A DNA stretch of 64,000 nucleotides, taken from a virus. Shown in pieces: positions 63,359-64,000 of the stretch. The stretch's first letter is position 1; every line of letters begins with the position of its first letter. The translations under genes were made by a program, and so were the position numbers. Under the pieces are notes generated by a model. That model was given only the letters and a program-made list of their open reading frames with translations, was not told the origin of the DNA and made no database searches. The stretch is taken from positions 1-64,000 of IMG/VR virus record IMGVR_UViG_3300042146_000099. One strand, given 5' to 3'.

Positions 63359-63804
63359 GAGGGCACCTCCGTCCAAGCGATCACCAAGCCGGGGATCAGG
63401 TAGTGGGCGTACGACGACGGATCGTCGGGGATCCGCCGGTGTTCGCCCGTGGTGTACGCAGACAGCACGCGGGCCTGCGGATATCCGGTGGGCAGGGTGA
63501 CGGTCTGCGGGATAGCGGGGTGGTCGTAGCAGGCCGCTTGGATGGCCTCGGCGAGCATGGCGGCCTTGTTCCACGGCGGTTTCTGCGAGTCCGTGTTCAC
63601 GGCCCAGCAGTCGACGCTCATGACGGGCTCGCGTAGCGGCACGTACAGGTTGGGGGTGCCGCCTGCGCTGGTGAGGGTGCAGAACCCGGACGCCGCCCAG
63701 GTGCTGTTGTCTTTGGGGAGGGTGGTGGCGACGCGGTCGCCGACGATGGTCTTGAGCCAGGCGGTGGCGACGAGTTCGGGGGTGGCCCGCAGTTGGAGGC
63801 TCAT
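63355..63804 (-). CDS. Tail terminator/completion protein
   Basis: Position and size; VATTLP...PVMSVDCWA. Confidence 0.7.
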   Translation of the reverse strand: MSLQLRATPELVATAWLKTIVGDRVATTLPKDNSTWAASGFCTLTSAGGTPNLYVPLREPVMSVDCWAVNTDSQKPPWNKAAMLAEAIQAACYDHPAIPQTVTLPTGYPQARVLSAYTTGEHRRIPDDPSSYAHYLIPGLVIAWTEVPS

Positions 63805-63998
63805 GCGGTCCTCCGCTGGAACAGAGCGGGCCGCAGGTACGGGTTCGGTGCGGTGCCGGGGTGGTTGACGCGGGCGACCGGGTGGTCGGCGCCGGGCCAG
63901 TACAGGGCCTTCGTGTTGCGCGGGACGATCACGTGCGGGGCGGTGCCGAGTTCGACGTCGGCCGCGTAGTTGCAGTCAAGGGAGCCGACCCGCAGCAC
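63801..63998 (-). CDS. HK97 gp10-like neck protein (5' end outside the window)
   Basis: YAADVELGT.PH...VNHPGT.PNPYLRPAL. Confidence 0.8.
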   Translation of the reverse strand: MLRVGSLDCNYAADVELGTAPHVIVPRNTKALYWPGADHPVARVNHPGTAPNPYLRPALFQRRTA

Positions 63999-64000
63999 CT

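Larger units (their letters stand above)
1..64000. mobile_element. Temperate Streptomyces-type siphophage genome segment (both ends lie outside the window)
   Basis: Serine integrase, repressor/Cro pair, phage recombination/replication genes, tape measure, tail tube and holin-like genes; ATGA/GTGA-coupled operons; WhiB, TraB-like and FxSxx genes point to Streptomyces. Confidence 0.95.

Noticed and set aside
1-64000. CRISPR array, tRNA/rRNA, reverse transcriptase/DGR, IS transposase
   Set aside because: No regularly spaced repeat-spacer units, cloverleafs, RT motifs or DDE transposase ORFs were seen by eye; short tRNAs could have been missed.

Overview
High-GC actinobacterial (Streptomyces-type) temperate siphophage DNA; no host housekeeping genes are visible. 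Left to right: end of a lysis-type cassette (+); HTH-TPR regulator with small Cys-rich genes; large serine integrase next to an apparently intact, symmetric attP-like site (6588-6645); divergent repressor/Cro switch; a long early operon (Rad52-like annealase, DnaQ exonuclease, RuvC-like resolvase, two DNA methyltransferases, WhiB, antirepressor, replication initiator with internal iteron-like repeats, PAPS-reductase-like and SLOG proteins); an accessory region; and the tail operon on the minus strand (tail tube, frameshifted chaperones, tape measure with NlpC/P60, minor tail proteins, fibres). Four unusual elements stand out. (1) A Streptomyces conjugation-type module (Nudix, Spd-like membrane protein carrying 8-bp clt-like repeats, TraB/FtsK) sits inside the phage with no AICE integrase or Rep of its own. 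(2) A sugar-modification operon (two SDR enzymes with complementary catalytic defects, three glycosyltransferases) lies in reverse orientation between two paralogous tail-fibre genes, behind a pseudoknot-like leader. (3) An orphan FxSxx-COOH RiPP-type precursor peptide is missed by the ORF track. (4) Two parallel HTH + GIY-YIG-Phd fusion modules share a GTATGCC motif. All assignments come from motif recognition by eye; no searches were run.
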